Source: a virus. From it: 64,000 nt of DNA. The position numbers were made by a program, and so were the translations under genes. Under the pieces are notes generated by a model. That model searched no databases. It was not told where the DNA came from and saw only the letters and a program-made list of their open reading frames with translations. This document shows positions 26,380 through 36,466 of this stretch, in pieces. How positions within the stretch are numbered: position 1 is the stretch's first letter; the number at the start of each line of letters is the position of its first letter. The stretch is from IMG/VR virus record IMGVR_UViG_3300032116_000016. One strand, given 5' to 3'.

Positions 26380-27468
26380 ATGGCAGAAATTACTAACAAG
26401 CTTTTAAAACAAGCTATTGCAGATGCAGAAGCAGTTCGTGAAACTGCTATTGCTAATGCTAAGCTCGTTTTGGAAGAATCAATCACCCCACAAATTAAGG
26501 GTATGATTGCACGCCGTCTCCGTGTTGAAGCAGAAGGTGCTACGGAAACACCAGAACTTAAGAAAGACGCACCAGAAATGGAAGAAGCAACAGAAACACC
26601 ATTTGAAGATGGTGAAGCAGAAGGTTCTTCCGAAATGCCAGCTGACAGTTCAACTATCGGCACCGGCGACAACAAAGAACCATCAGATGATGCATTTGAT
26701 GCATCAGAAATGGATATGAGTGGTGAAGCACCATCTGATAGTGAAACCGATTGGTATGATGATTGGGACGAAGCAGATTTCGATCTCGGTGAAATTATCA
26801 AAGAATTAGAAAACGATATCGCAGCTCTCTCTGGTTCGGAAGAAAATAAAGAAGAATCAGAAGAAGAAATGCCAGAAGCTCCAGTAGCTGAAGCAAAGGA
26901 AGAAGAAAAAGAAGCTCCAGTAGCTGAAGCAAAGGAAGAAGAAGAGAAGGAAGAATTAAAGGAAAGTGAAGAAAAAGAAGAAGAAGTTTCCCTTGAAGAA
27001 ATTCTTGCAGAACTTGAAGCCGAAGACGACCTAGCCGGTGCTGAAGCACATGGTGGTGAGGACAAGACACACGCAATGGCTGCTAAACTTGCAGGACTCA
27101 AGCAAGAACTCGCACAATATAGAGAAGCAGTTAATGTTCTCCGTGGCCGTTTACAAGAAGTTAACTTGTTAAACGCTAAGTTACTCTTTACAAACAAGAT
27201 TTTCCGTAAGGAAGGACTCAATAATGATCAAAAAGTTCGCATTGTCGAATCATTCGATCGAGCAACCACCGTTCGTGAAGTTAAGCTTGTTTACGCTGCA
27301 CTTGTAGAAAATCTTTCAGTAGCAGCTAAAACTTTCAACGCATCACGCAAGAAAGTTGTAGTAGAAGGTTTAGCATCAAAAGCTACACCAAGTACAGCAC
27401 CAAAGGCTGAAGTTATCGTTGAAAATACGATAGCAAAACGTTTACAACAACTCGCAGGCATTCTATAA
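26380..27468 (+). CDS. Prohead core scaffold protein (T4 gp22-like)
   Basis: Very acidic and coiled-coil (AIADAEAVRETAIANAK...LNAKLLFTNKIF), immediately before the major capsid gene. Confidence 0.8.
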   Translation: MAEITNKLLKQAIADAEAVRETAIANAKLVLEESITPQIKGMIARRLRVEAEGATETPELKKDAPEMEEATETPFEDGEAEGSSEMPADSSTIGTGDNKEPSDDAFDASEMDMSGEAPSDSETDWYDDWDEADFDLGEIIKELENDIAALSGSEENKEESEEEMPEAPVAEAKEEEKEAPVAEAKEEEEKEELKESEEKEEEVSLEEILAELEAEDDLAGAEAHGGEDKTHAMAAKLAGLKQELAQYREAVNVLRGRLQEVNLLNAKLLFTNKIFRKEGLNNDQKVRIVESFDRATTVREVKLVYAALVENLSVAAKTFNASRKKVVVEGLASKATPSTAPKAEVIVENTIAKRLQQLAGIL

Positions 27469-27485
27469 TCTAGGAGAAAATATAC

Positions 27486-29078
27486 ATGTCAGTACATGAA
27501 CTTATTAGTGAAGCTAAGTCCGCTCACGATGTAATCATCAACCAAACACGCGGATTATCAGCAAAGTGGGAAAAGTCAGGTCTTCTTGAAGGCTTAAAGG
27601 GATATGAAAAGCAAGGTATGTCAGTTTTGCTTGAAAACCAAGCACAACAACTTATCAGTGAAGTAACAGTAACAAATCCACAAGGTGCAGGCACAGCTGG
27701 TGAAAACTGGGCAGGTGTTGCACTTCCATTAGTCCGTAAGGTCTTTGGTTCAATTGCATCAAAGAATTTCGTATCAGTTCAACCAATGAACCTCCCAGCA
27801 GGTTTGGTGTTCTATATGGACTTCAAGTACGGTAATACCGCAAACGGTCAAACCGCACAACAATCACTTTATGGTAGTACACTTTCTTCACCATTCACCA
27901 CTTTCGGTAACCAAACTACCGGTGGTTTGTATGGTGCAGGACGTTATGGCTACTCAATCAATGACGCGTCAGTTGCAATCAATTCAGTAGCATCACAATC
28001 AGTAACATTTGCTGATGTAAACTACAATGATGAATTCCTTGTAACTGGTTCATTGACCAAGTACGTAGTACCAGCAGTTTCTGCATCAAACGGTGATTTC
28101 TTAGCATCACGTGCATTCGTAATTTCTGGTTCAACCGTTGATTTTGCAAGCAAATTGCTTCCAGAATTTACCAAGTATGATGGTACAAATCTTACCTTCA
28201 TCGTAAACGCAACTACAAACGATGCAGCAACACATTTGTTCTTTGTCAAGCAACCAACGGACACAACCCGTGGTGACTTTGAAGATCGTACAGGCGGTCC
28301 AGTTGACGCAACAACTGATTTGGCAATTCCACAAATTGATTTGGAACTTAAGTCAGAAACTATCGTTGCTAAGACCCGTAAGTTGAAGGCAGTCTGGTCA
28401 CCAGAACTTGCACAAGACTTGAACGCATACCACTCAATTGACGCAGAAGCAGAATTAACAGCAATGTTGAGTGACTATGTTGCAACTGAAATTGACCTTG
28501 AAATTCTTGATATGTTAATTGCAGCAGCACCAGCAGCTAACACCGAATACTGGTCAGCAGAAATTGGTACTGTATGGAACGGTTCAACCTTTGCAGCTAA
28601 CTCTTTCCAAGGAACTGCATGGACCAATATGACCTGGTACCAAACACTTGGTCAAAAGATGCAAAAAGTATCAAACAAGATTCACCAAGCAACAATGCGT
28701 GGTGGTGCAAACTTCGCAGTTGTTTCGCCAACCGCAGCAACAATTCTTGAAACCATTCCTGGCTTCCAAGCTGGTACCGATGGTGACAAGATGGAATTCG
28801 CAGCTGGTGTAACCAAGATTGGTTCATTTGCTAACCGTTTCACCGTATACAAGAACCCATACATGAAGGAAAACGTAATGTTGATGGGCTTCCGTGGTTC
28901 ACAATTCTTGGAAACTGGCGCAGTATATGCACCATACATTCCATTAATTATGACCCCACTTGTCTATGATCCAAACAACTTCACACCACGTCGCGGCGTA
29001 ATGACCCGTTACGCGAAGAAGATTGTTCGTCCGGAATTCTTCGGTAAGATCTACCTCGACAAGCTCTCAAGAGTTTAA
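27486..29078 (+). CDS. gp23: Major capsid protein (T4 gp23-like)
   Basis: LPLVRKVF, VSVQPMNLPAGLVFY, AKTRKLKAVWSPELAQDL, EIDLEI, YAPYIPL and FTPRRGVMTRYA. Confidence 0.96.
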   Translation: MSVHELISEAKSAHDVIINQTRGLSAKWEKSGLLEGLKGYEKQGMSVLLENQAQQLISEVTVTNPQGAGTAGENWAGVALPLVRKVFGSIASKNFVSVQPMNLPAGLVFYMDFKYGNTANGQTAQQSLYGSTLSSPFTTFGNQTTGGLYGAGRYGYSINDASVAINSVASQSVTFADVNYNDEFLVTGSLTKYVVPAVSASNGDFLASRAFVISGSTVDFASKLLPEFTKYDGTNLTFIVNATTNDAATHLFFVKQPTDTTRGDFEDRTGGPVDATTDLAIPQIDLELKSETIVAKTRKLKAVWSPELAQDLNAYHSIDAEAELTAMLSDYVATEIDLEILDMLIAAAPAANTEYWSAEIGTVWNGSTFAANSFQGTAWTNMTWYQTLGQKMQKVSNKIHQATMRGGANFAVVSPTAATILETIPGFQAGTDGDKMEFAAGVTKIGSFANRFTVYKNPYMKENVMLMGFRGSQFLETGAVYAPYIPLIMTPLVYDPNNFTPRRGVMTRYAKKIVRPEFFGKIYLDKLSRV

Positions 29079-29096
29079 TAAACTTTTGATTGTAGT

Positions 29097-29127
29097 AAAA
29101 TGGGAACCAGAAATGGTTCCCATTTTT
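29097..29127 (+). terminator. Rho-independent terminator after the major capsid gene
   Basis: aaaa-TGGGAACCA-gaaa-TGGTTCCCA-ttttt: perfect 9-bp stem, GAAA tetraloop and T-tract. Confidence 0.9.
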
Positions 29128-29161
29128 ATGCCTATAACACAAGTTATCAAACAGTATTTGA

Positions 29162-29169
29162 TATTTATA
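29162..29169 (+). promoter_or_regulatory. Late-promoter candidate TATTTATA
   Basis: Lies after the capsid terminator, ending 23 nt before the ATG at 29193. Confidence 0.6.
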
Positions 29170-29192
29170 TCTGTATCTATTTGGGGAGACAC

Positions 29193-30356
29193 ATGCAAAA
29201 TCGTGAACCAATTACGTTTGAAGAAAGACCTGTAAACCCATATGGATTAACTCCATTTGGTTTCTATGATAACGATCCTCAATTTCAAATTGAAGCACCA
29301 AAAGCTGCAACATTCGTAGCACGCAGATTGGGATACCCAGTAGTTGATGTTGAGTTAACGCATAGACAAATTTATGCATGTTTTGAGGAAGCAATAACGA
29401 CATATAGTAATCAAGTTAATCAATTTAATGCACGAGAACATATGTTGTCGTTGCAAGGAATGAGTACGTCTACAGAAATTACTCAACGTAATATTATTTC
29501 TACACCAATTCCACAATTGGTAAAATTATCAGCACAATATGGAACTGAAGCAGAAAGTGGTGGTAATGTATCAGTTAAATCTGCAGCAATTAGTGCATCA
29601 GCATACACTCAATCATATGATTTACGAAATTGGGTATTGCCAGAAGATACTGGAAAAGCAATAGAAGTTCGTCGTATCTATCACTACATGCCACCAGCCA
29701 TTGCACGTTACTATGACCCATTTGCAACCACGGGTCTTGGTTTAACGAACTTGATGAGTGAATTTGGATTTGATGGATACTCACCACCAGTTACCTTCGT
29801 GATGATGCCGGCATACGAAGATTTACTCCGTATTCAAGCAATTGAAATCAATGATATGATTCGTAAAAGTCAATACAGCTTTAGTATAGCAAATAATATT
29901 GTTCATTTTCAACCAGTTTTTAAAGTAAATTCTGTTGTGTGGTTTGATTATATGGTTGTAGATGATAAGATGAGTGGAAATGCACTCTATCAATCTGGCT
30001 CAGAAAACTCTATTGTTTCTGATTTTTCAAATATTCCATATGATAATATCCAATACAAAAACATTAATAGTATTGGGCGTTTGTGGATTTACAAATACAC
30101 ATTAGCAACAGCAAAAGAATTATTAGGTAATATACGATCAAAGTATCAAAGAATACCTATTCCTGATGCTGAAATAACATTAGATGGTGAAACTTTGCGT
30201 AGAGAAGCTGCGGATGAAAAGAAGGGATTGGTTGAAGAACTTCGTGAAACGTTGGAACAAACGGGACACCAAGCTCAATTAAAAAAGAGTATGGAAAATG
30301 CCGAAGCTATGCAGCAAATATTCAAGCACATCCCAACGCCAATATACATTTATTAA
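29193..30356 (+). CDS. Neck/head-completion protein (T4 gp13-like)
   Basis: RRLGYPVVDVEL...CFEEAI; YTLATAKELLGNIRSKY..IPIP..EITLDGETL. Located after the capsid gene. Start placed at ATG 29193 after GGGGAG. Confidence 0.75.
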   Translation: MQNREPITFEERPVNPYGLTPFGFYDNDPQFQIEAPKAATFVARRLGYPVVDVELTHRQIYACFEEAITTYSNQVNQFNAREHMLSLQGMSTSTEITQRNIISTPIPQLVKLSAQYGTEAESGGNVSVKSAAISASAYTQSYDLRNWVLPEDTGKAIEVRRIYHYMPPAIARYYDPFATTGLGLTNLMSEFGFDGYSPPVTFVMMPAYEDLLRIQAIEINDMIRKSQYSFSIANNIVHFQPVFKVNSVVWFDYMVVDDKMSGNALYQSGSENSIVSDFSNIPYDNIQYKNINSIGRLWIYKYTLATAKELLGNIRSKYQRIPIPDAEITLDGETLRREAADEKKGLVEELRETLEQTGHQAQLKKSMENAEAMQQIFKHIPTPIYIY

Positions 30357-30366
30357 GAGATAGTTA

Positions 30367-30822
30367 ATGCCACGCTTTGTATCTGAAAGAGACTTTCAGT
30401 TCTTCCAACACATCAACAAAGAAATAGTAATTGAAGTAGTTGATGTACCGGTCGTGTTGTATAGAATAATTCCAGAAATTACTAGTGTAAACATTTACGG
30501 TGAATCTACGAGTAAAACTAGATACCGTGGAATTCAATTACATGGATTGGTTCAATATCCTAAAACTGAAGCAGTTTCAGAAGGATTTGGATTTGATACA
30601 ACACAAACTGTCGAATTTAAATTTGTTAAAAAACTATTACAAGATGTTGATGTGTTTCCTGAAGTTGGTGATATTATTGGATATAATGACAATTTTTATG
30701 AAATTGATAATGTAAATGATGTACAATTGATAGCAAGTCGTCCACAATTTGATCATTCAATTATTTGCACAACTCACTTGACTCGTCGTAGTGCAATTAA
30801 TATTGAGGAAACGCACATATGA
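30367..30822 (+). CDS. Neck/head-closure protein (T4 gp14-like)
   Basis: MPRFVSERDF...FPEVGDII.YNDNFYEIDNV, in the expected synteny. Confidence 0.65.
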   Translation: MPRFVSERDFQFFQHINKEIVIEVVDVPVVLYRIIPEITSVNIYGESTSKTRYRGIQLHGLVQYPKTEAVSEGFGFDTTQTVEFKFVKKLLQDVDVFPEVGDIIGYNDNFYEIDNVNDVQLIASRPQFDHSIICTTHLTRRSAINIEETHI

Positions 30823-31613
30823 GCATTCCAAGATTTAATAGAGCATTAAAAACTACACGAAGCAGAACAAGTCGTGGGGAAGAAAATAAACAAGAAAAAG
30901 AACAAATACTACCAACGTCAGTAGGACTGATGACAGTAGATACTTCTATTATCAAATATCTACAATCAAAAATAGTTCCAGTAGTTACACAAGACGGTAA
31001 ACAAATTAAAGTTCCTGTTATTTACGGAAATCCAGAAAGATGGAAGTCTGTACAACGTGATGGTGCCATCCGTGACAAGAATGGTAAAATTCAGTTGCCA
31101 ATCATAATGATACGGCGTACAAGCATAAAGAAAAATAGTATGAACTCACCGGTAAACAAATATCAAGAATATCTGTTTAAAACTGGTTGGAATTCTCGTA
31201 ATATATACGATAAATTTACGGCATTAAATGGAATCACTCCATCGCAAACATTTCAATCTGTGATGGTTCCCGACTATTACGATATTACATATGAAACCAT
31301 CATATGGACCGAGTATATGGAACAGATGAATAAAATAGTAGAGAGCGTATCTTTTGAAAGTGATGAATATTGGGGTGAAGATAACAATTATAAATTTATA
31401 ACTAGAATCAATCAATTTGACCAAACAAATGATTTACCAAATGCAAATGACAGACTTGTAAGAAGCAGATGTACTATAGACGTTAAGGCATACATCGTTC
31501 CAGAATCGGCATTAAACCGTGATGGAAATAGAGTCAGCACATCCCGTATAAACTACACCGCAAAGAAAGTTGTATTCAATTCCGAAATCGTGACAGACGT
31601 AAACGACATATAA
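30819..31613 (+). CDS. Tail sheath stabiliser / tail terminator (T4 gp15-like)
   Basis: KVPVIYGNPERW, LPIIMIRRT and VPDYYDITYE, in the expected synteny before the sheath gene. Confidence 0.75.
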   Translation: MSIPRFNRALKTTRSRTSRGEENKQEKEQILPTSVGLMTVDTSIIKYLQSKIVPVVTQDGKQIKVPVIYGNPERWKSVQRDGAIRDKNGKIQLPIIMIRRTSIKKNSMNSPVNKYQEYLFKTGWNSRNIYDKFTALNGITPSQTFQSVMVPDYYDITYETIIWTEYMEQMNKIVESVSFESDEYWGEDNNYKFITRINQFDQTNDLPNANDRLVRSRCTIDVKAYIVPESALNRDGNRVSTSRINYTAKKVVFNSEIVTDVNDI

Positions 31614-31644
31614 AAAAATATCAATGTTTCAGAAAAATTTCATA

Positions 31645-31652
31645 TATTTATG
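31645..31652 (+). promoter_or_regulatory. Late-promoter candidate TATTTATG
   Basis: Intergenic, ending 31 nt before the ATG at 31684; one mismatch to the consensus. Confidence 0.45.
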
Positions 31653-31683
31653 ATAGGTATATAATTTTTAAAAAGGATTCTAT

Positions 31684-31944
31684 ATGAAAAAGGTCACGCC
31701 AGAAGAGTTGAAAGAAGTACAAGATTTACGGGACACGTTATATGTTATTACTTCTACTATCGGTGAAATGCACCTTACAAAAGTGTTGTTACAAAAAGAA
31801 ATCGAAACCGTAGAAAATAACATAAAAAACGAAGAACAAAAATTCACGGACTTCCAAGAAAGAGAAAAGGTTATTTATAATAAGTTGCAAGAAAAATATG
31901 GTACCGGTAACATCGATTTGAATACCGGAGAAATAACAGTATAA
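31684..31944 (+). CDS. Small coiled-coil hypothetical protein
   Basis: 86 aa ending KYGTGNIDLNTGEIT, directly before the sheath gene. Confidence 0.7.
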   Translation: MKKVTPEELKEVQDLRDTLYVITSTIGEMHLTKVLLQKEIETVENNIKNEEQKFTDFQEREKVIYNKLQEKYGTGNIDLNTGEITV

Positions 31945-31967
31945 TATAACCCATTTGGAGGATTCGT

Positions 31968-34301
31968 ATGGCAGAACGCATTGTGTCACCAGGCGTTTTC
32001 ACTAGAGAAAGAGATTTGAGTTTCTTGACTCAAGGTATTAGTGAAATCGGGGGTGCATTCATTGGACCGACACCAAAAGGTCCAGCATTTATTCCAACTA
32101 TCGTTAGAAGTCAACAAGAGTATGTTACCCAATTTGGTGAAGCCGACGCAAATCACTATACGGGATTAACAGTAAAAAATTATCTACGTGAAGCAGGTGT
32201 AGCAACCATCGTTCGTGTTCTTGGATTAAACGGATACGATAATGATGAAGTTGTACCAGCATTAATCTACGCAAGTGGATCAACTGGTCAAAAATTGTTT
32301 GCAGTATTGCATCCAAGTAGTACTGGTAACACTATTTCAGATGTTACTATATTAGGAAATTCTGGAAGTTTTAATCTTTCAGTAAACGTTCCAGGAACCG
32401 CAGCTGATATTAGTGCAAGTGGATTAAGTGGCGACGCAGGTTCATCAGCATATCTAGGTGATTTTTTTGGATACACACCGGCAACTAGTAAGGGTGCGTA
32501 TGTGTATGCAATCTTCCCAGAAGCAATAACATCTGTTGGAACCGCAGTCACTATGTCCGCAGTAACCTCAAGTACAGCATTGTTCTTCTCTGGTTCAGTA
32601 TACGGTCGATACAGTAACGCATCAACTCCTTGGATTCAATCACAAACAGTTGGTGGTGATAACATTGACTTGTTTAAATTCTGGACATTGGGTGACGGTG
32701 TAGCATCAAATAAAGAAATTAAAGTATCATTCTTGAATATGAAAAAAGCATCTGATGAAGATGAGTGGGCAACATTTACTATGTTGATTCGTTCATATGA
32801 TGATACGGATGCACGTATTGAAGTTCTTGAACAATATGATAATGTAACATTGGATCCAGATAGTCCACAATTTATCGCACGTGTTGTTGGTAATAGTGCT
32901 CCATATGACGATCCAAATACTGACGAACGTTATTATCAAGGTGATTTCCCAAATCGTTCAAAGTATGTATATGTTGAAATGAGCGATGCAGTAATTCCAA
33001 AAACAGCAGTACCATATGGATTTGCGGCACTACAATCACCAGTAAGTGTAACTTCAACAGCATTAGTATCACCAGATTATGTCACTTCACGTTGGTTGAG
33101 TGGTTCAACGGAAGGATATTCAATTGATGCAGTAGATAAGAAGTACTACTATGGTTGGAACTTTATGACCACAGAAGGTACAAATCCATCATATCTTGCA
33201 CCAATTCCATCAGGCTCAGTAAGTGTTGGTTCAGCATTTAATCTTGAATCATTAAGTGATGTTCCAGATGGATTGACATCAAAGACTATTGATATTGATG
33301 ATGATGACAGTCTCGCATATCGTAAATTCTCTGTTCCATTCCAAGGCGGATTTGACGGATTAAATCCAGCACGTGATATTAATCTCGGTGGTGACATTGT
33401 TGCTTCAAATTCACAAGGATTTAATTTAGCAAATTCAACAACCGATGGTTCAGTAGCATATAAGAAAGCTATCCAAGCTATCAGTAATCAAGACCAATGG
33501 GACTTCAACCTTCTTGTACTTCCAGGCGTTATTTACGAATATCATTCGTATATCGCAAACGAAGCATTAAGTTTGTGTGAAGAACGTGGTGATGCATTCT
33601 ATTTGATGGATACTGTTGGATTGAACTCGACCATTGCAAACGCAACTGGTAAGGCTGCAGAAATTGATAGTAACTATGCAGCAACTTACTATCCTTGGTT
33701 AAGAGTCATTGATGTAAATACAAACAAATTGCTTTGGGTTCCACCTTCAGTCATTCTTCCAGAAATTTATGCATACAACGACAACGTTGCAGCAGAATGG
33801 TTTGCACCAGCTGGTTTGAATCGTGGTGGTATCGCAAGTGCAGTCGGTGTACGTGCAAGACTTCCACAAGCACTTCGTGACACATTGTACGAAGGTAAGG
33901 TAAACCCAATCGCACAGTTCCCAGGTCAAGGCATCTGTGTATGGGGTCAAAAGACCTTACAACGCCGTCCATCAGCACTTGACCGTGTAAATGTCCGTCG
34001 TTTGTTAATCGCTGTGAAGAAATATATTGCAAGTGTTTCACGTTACCTCGTATTCGAACAAAACGTGGAATCCACTCGTAACCGTTTCTTAAACATTGTC
34101 AATCCATATTTGGCAAGTGTCCAAGAACGTTCTGGTTTGTACGCATTCCGTGTTATTATGGATGAAACCAACAATACACCGGATATTATCGATAGAAACA
34201 TCCTCTATGGACAACTCTATCTACAACCGACAAAGACCGCTGAATTCATTATTCTTGACTTCAACGTTCTTCCAACGGGCGCTACATTCCCAACAGCGTA
34301 A
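31968..34301 (+). CDS. gp18: Tail sheath protein (T4 gp18-like)
   Basis: MAERIVSPGVFTRERD, WFAPAGLNRGGI, GQKTLQ...SALDRVNVRRLL and LVFEQN. Confidence 0.95.
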   Translation: MAERIVSPGVFTRERDLSFLTQGISEIGGAFIGPTPKGPAFIPTIVRSQQEYVTQFGEADANHYTGLTVKNYLREAGVATIVRVLGLNGYDNDEVVPALIYASGSTGQKLFAVLHPSSTGNTISDVTILGNSGSFNLSVNVPGTAADISASGLSGDAGSSAYLGDFFGYTPATSKGAYVYAIFPEAITSVGTAVTMSAVTSSTALFFSGSVYGRYSNASTPWIQSQTVGGDNIDLFKFWTLGDGVASNKEIKVSFLNMKKASDEDEWATFTMLIRSYDDTDARIEVLEQYDNVTLDPDSPQFIARVVGNSAPYDDPNTDERYYQGDFPNRSKYVYVEMSDAVIPKTAVPYGFAALQSPVSVTSTALVSPDYVTSRWLSGSTEGYSIDAVDKKYYYGWNFMTTEGTNPSYLAPIPSGSVSVGSAFNLESLSDVPDGLTSKTIDIDDDDSLAYRKFSVPFQGGFDGLNPARDINLGGDIVASNSQGFNLANSTTDGSVAYKKAIQAISNQDQWDFNLLVLPGVIYEYHSYIANEALSLCEERGDAFYLMDTVGLNSTIANATGKAAEIDSNYAATYYPWLRVIDVNTNKLLWVPPSVILPEIYAYNDNVAAEWFAPAGLNRGGIASAVGVRARLPQALRDTLYEGKVNPIAQFPGQGICVWGQKTLQRRPSALDRVNVRRLLIAVKKYIASVSRYLVFEQNVESTRNRFLNIVNPYLASVQERSGLYAFRVIMDETNNTPDIIDRNILYGQLYLQPTKTAEFIILDFNVLPTGATFPTA

Positions 34302-34309
34302 GCTGAAAC

Positions 34310-34340
34310 TGTGGAGGGAACCTAAAAAATTCCCTCCACA
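34310..34340 (+). other. Perfect 11-bp-stem hairpin between sheath and tube genes
   Basis: TGTGGAGGGAA-cctaaaaaa-TTCCCTCCACA, with no T-tract after it. Confidence 0.7.
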
Positions 34341-34356
34341 AATTCAACTAATTTAA

Positions 34357-34364
34357 TATTTATA
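34357..34364 (+). promoter_or_regulatory. Late-promoter candidate TATTTATA
   Basis: Intergenic, ending 26 nt before the tail tube ATG at 34391. Confidence 0.6.
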
Positions 34365-34390
34365 GCTAGATATCCTTTCGGAGATTATAC

Positions 34391-34879
34391 ATGGCAAACC
34401 TAGTACAAGAACAAGAGCTATTCTTTACAGCATTTGAACCAAAAATGAAGAATCGCTTCATCCTTTATATGGATGGTATTCCTTCATACATCGTAAAGAA
34501 AATCAATCGTCCAAAGTTAACCCAAGACGCAAAAGCACTTGACCACATTAACGTTCAACGTTATGTTAAGGGCAAAACCAAGTGGGGCACAATGTCATTG
34601 ACACTTTACGATCCAATTGTTCCATCAGGCGCACAAGCAGTAATGGAATGGGTTCGTTTACACCACGAATCAGTAACAGGCCGTGACGGCTATCTTGAAT
34701 TCTACAAGAAAGATTTAACCCTCAACGTTCTTGGCCCAGTAGGTGACAAGGTTGAAGAGTGGATTATTAAGGGTGCACAAATTACTCAAGTAGACTTTGC
34801 AGAAATGGATTGGGGTGCAGATGACCAAGTTGAATTCACAATTGAAATTCAACCAGACTATTGCGTATTGAACTACTAA
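34391..34879 (+). CDS. gp19: Tail tube protein (T4 gp19-like)
   Basis: FEPKMKNRF, LYDPIVPSGAQAVMEW, YKKDLTLNVLGPVG; follows the sheath gene. Confidence 0.9.
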   Translation: MANLVQEQELFFTAFEPKMKNRFILYMDGIPSYIVKKINRPKLTQDAKALDHINVQRYVKGKTKWGTMSLTLYDPIVPSGAQAVMEWVRLHHESVTGRDGYLEFYKKDLTLNVLGPVGDKVEEWIIKGAQITQVDFAEMDWGADDQVEFTIEIQPDYCVLNY

Positions 34880-34898
34880 TCGTAGTTACAATTTAATA

Positions 34899-34942
34899 AT
34901 AACTCTCGCAGGTGTTCATTCATCTGCGAGAGTTATATTTTT
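34899..34942 (+). terminator. Rho-independent terminator after the tail tube gene
   Basis: ATAACTCTCGCAG-GTG-ttcatt-CAT-CTGCGAGAGTTAT stem followed by a 5-T run. Confidence 0.85.
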
Positions 34943-34977
34943 ATAAGTCAAAATCACTCTCTTAATATGGTTTTTGA

Positions 34978-34985
34978 TATTTATA
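34978..34985 (+). promoter_or_regulatory. Late-promoter candidate TATTTATA
   Basis: Lies after the tube terminator, ending 27 nt before the ATG at 35013. Confidence 0.6.
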
Positions 34986-35012
34986 CAAGAGTGCTTTTTT
35001 CGTGAGAATACT

Positions 35013-35369
35013 ATGGCAGACATTACGGATTTTGATATAGGTCAAGGAGAAACTTTCAAAATTCTTGCACATATATACACCGATACATCTGGTAGTGTTC
35101 CTATAGACATTACCAATTACACGTTTGTTGGGCAAATGCGTGAAAACTACACAACAACAGAAGTTGCCGCCACATTTAATGTAGAAAAAATATTACCATA
35201 TGCTAGTGGTAGTATTTTTGTTAGTTTAACGCCGGAACAAACAGATATGTTAGAACAACGTACATATGTGTACGATTTATTGATGATTACGGGATCTTCG
35301 GGCGAAGTTGTTCGTCGTTTATTAGAAGGGGCATTTACGATCAGACCAGCAGTTACTAGAGATTACTAA
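35013..35369 (+). CDS. Small Ig-like baseplate/fibre-attachment protein
   Basis: DIGQGETF...IDITNYTFVGQMR...IFVSLTPEQT...YVYDLL...RLLEGAFTI resembles BppU-N-like domains. Start placed at ATG 35013. Confidence 0.6.
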   Translation: MADITDFDIGQGETFKILAHIYTDTSGSVPIDITNYTFVGQMRENYTTTEVAATFNVEKILPYASGSIFVSLTPEQTDMLEQRTYVYDLLMITGSSGEVVRRLLEGAFTIRPAVTRDY

Positions 35370-36454
35370 TGGCACATATTGAATTAGATGTTCCAGATTT
35401 AAATGTCAATATAGAAAGTGAAATAAATAATACGCGTGTCATTTTACGACAACCTACAACTTTAGTATCCCAGACTTCTCCATACTTAAATGTAGCACAG
35501 AGCGCAATAACTGCGTCATACGCAGTAACTTCGTCGTATGCTATTTATGCATTATCGCTTAGTGGGTCTATTGAATCTGCGTCTTATTCTGCGTTTGCAG
35601 CGTCATCATCGTATGCATTAACTGCTTCATATGTAAGTGGAGCGGCCAGTACATGGGATACTATTTCAAACAAACCAATTGGATTGGTATCATCATCTAC
35701 ACAAATATCAAACTATAATATATTTGTAACAACTGGTTCAAATCAATTTAATGGAAATCAGTACATTACCGGTTCACTAAATGTAACACAAGGTATAACT
35801 AGTTCGTTATTTGGTACTAGTAGTTGGGCAAACTACGCAACCACTGCGTCTTATGTTAGTGGAATGTCAAGTGATTGGGACGATATAACAAATAAACCTA
35901 GTGGACTTGTATCCAGTTCGGTACAAATTAATACTGGGTCATTTAGTGGATCATTTACTGGTCAACTTATTGGTACCAGTAGTTGGGCAAATAATTCAAT
36001 TTCAAGTAGTTACGCAGAAACTTCTAGTCTAACATTTAAAGTATCAGTATATACGGGAAGTGCAACGGTCGGCCAGGCATCGTACACCGGCTCATTTACT
36101 GGTTCTTTCAACGGTACAGCAAGTTTCGCAACTACAGCATCGTATGCATTAAATTCTTCGGCAATAACATCGTCAGCTACCGCACCGGCATATCCTGCTC
36201 AGAATGAACTATGGTATGATAACACAACTGGTAAAACATACATCTATTATGTTAGCGCAAGTCAAGGGCAGTGGGTATTACAATCAGACCCAACATACGA
36301 TGTAGGTGCTGTTGTACAAGCAGCAAGTTCATCTATAACGTTTACTATTCCAAATTTTCAACCAACTACACCATTAACTGGATCAATTTATTTTTCTGGT
36401 AATTGGTTGTATATCTATAACGGCACTAAATATGTTAGTGCAAGTCTAAATTAA
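35369..36454 (+). CDS. Tail-fibre-like protein with TASYA / TGSFTGS repeats
   Basis: Repeated TASYA/SSYA and GSFTG motifs, an internal duplication (WDxIxNKPxGLVSSSxQI twice) and an ELWYD..TGKTYIY..QW fibre motif. Confidence 0.65.
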   Translation: MAHIELDVPDLNVNIESEINNTRVILRQPTTLVSQTSPYLNVAQSAITASYAVTSSYAIYALSLSGSIESASYSAFAASSSYALTASYVSGAASTWDTISNKPIGLVSSSTQISNYNIFVTTGSNQFNGNQYITGSLNVTQGITSSLFGTSSWANYATTASYVSGMSSDWDDITNKPSGLVSSSVQINTGSFSGSFTGQLIGTSSWANNSISSSYAETSSLTFKVSVYTGSATVGQASYTGSFTGSFNGTASFATTASYALNSSAITSSATAPAYPAQNELWYDNTTGKTYIYYVSASQGQWVLQSDPTYDVGAVVQAASSSITFTIPNFQPTTPLTGSIYFSGNWLYIYNGTKYVSASLN

Positions 36455-36466
36455 TAGGAATGTGAT

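Noticed and set aside
26343-27221. 292-aa Ser-rich minus-strand ORF
   Set aside because: Antisense shadow of the Glu/Ala-rich scaffold gene.
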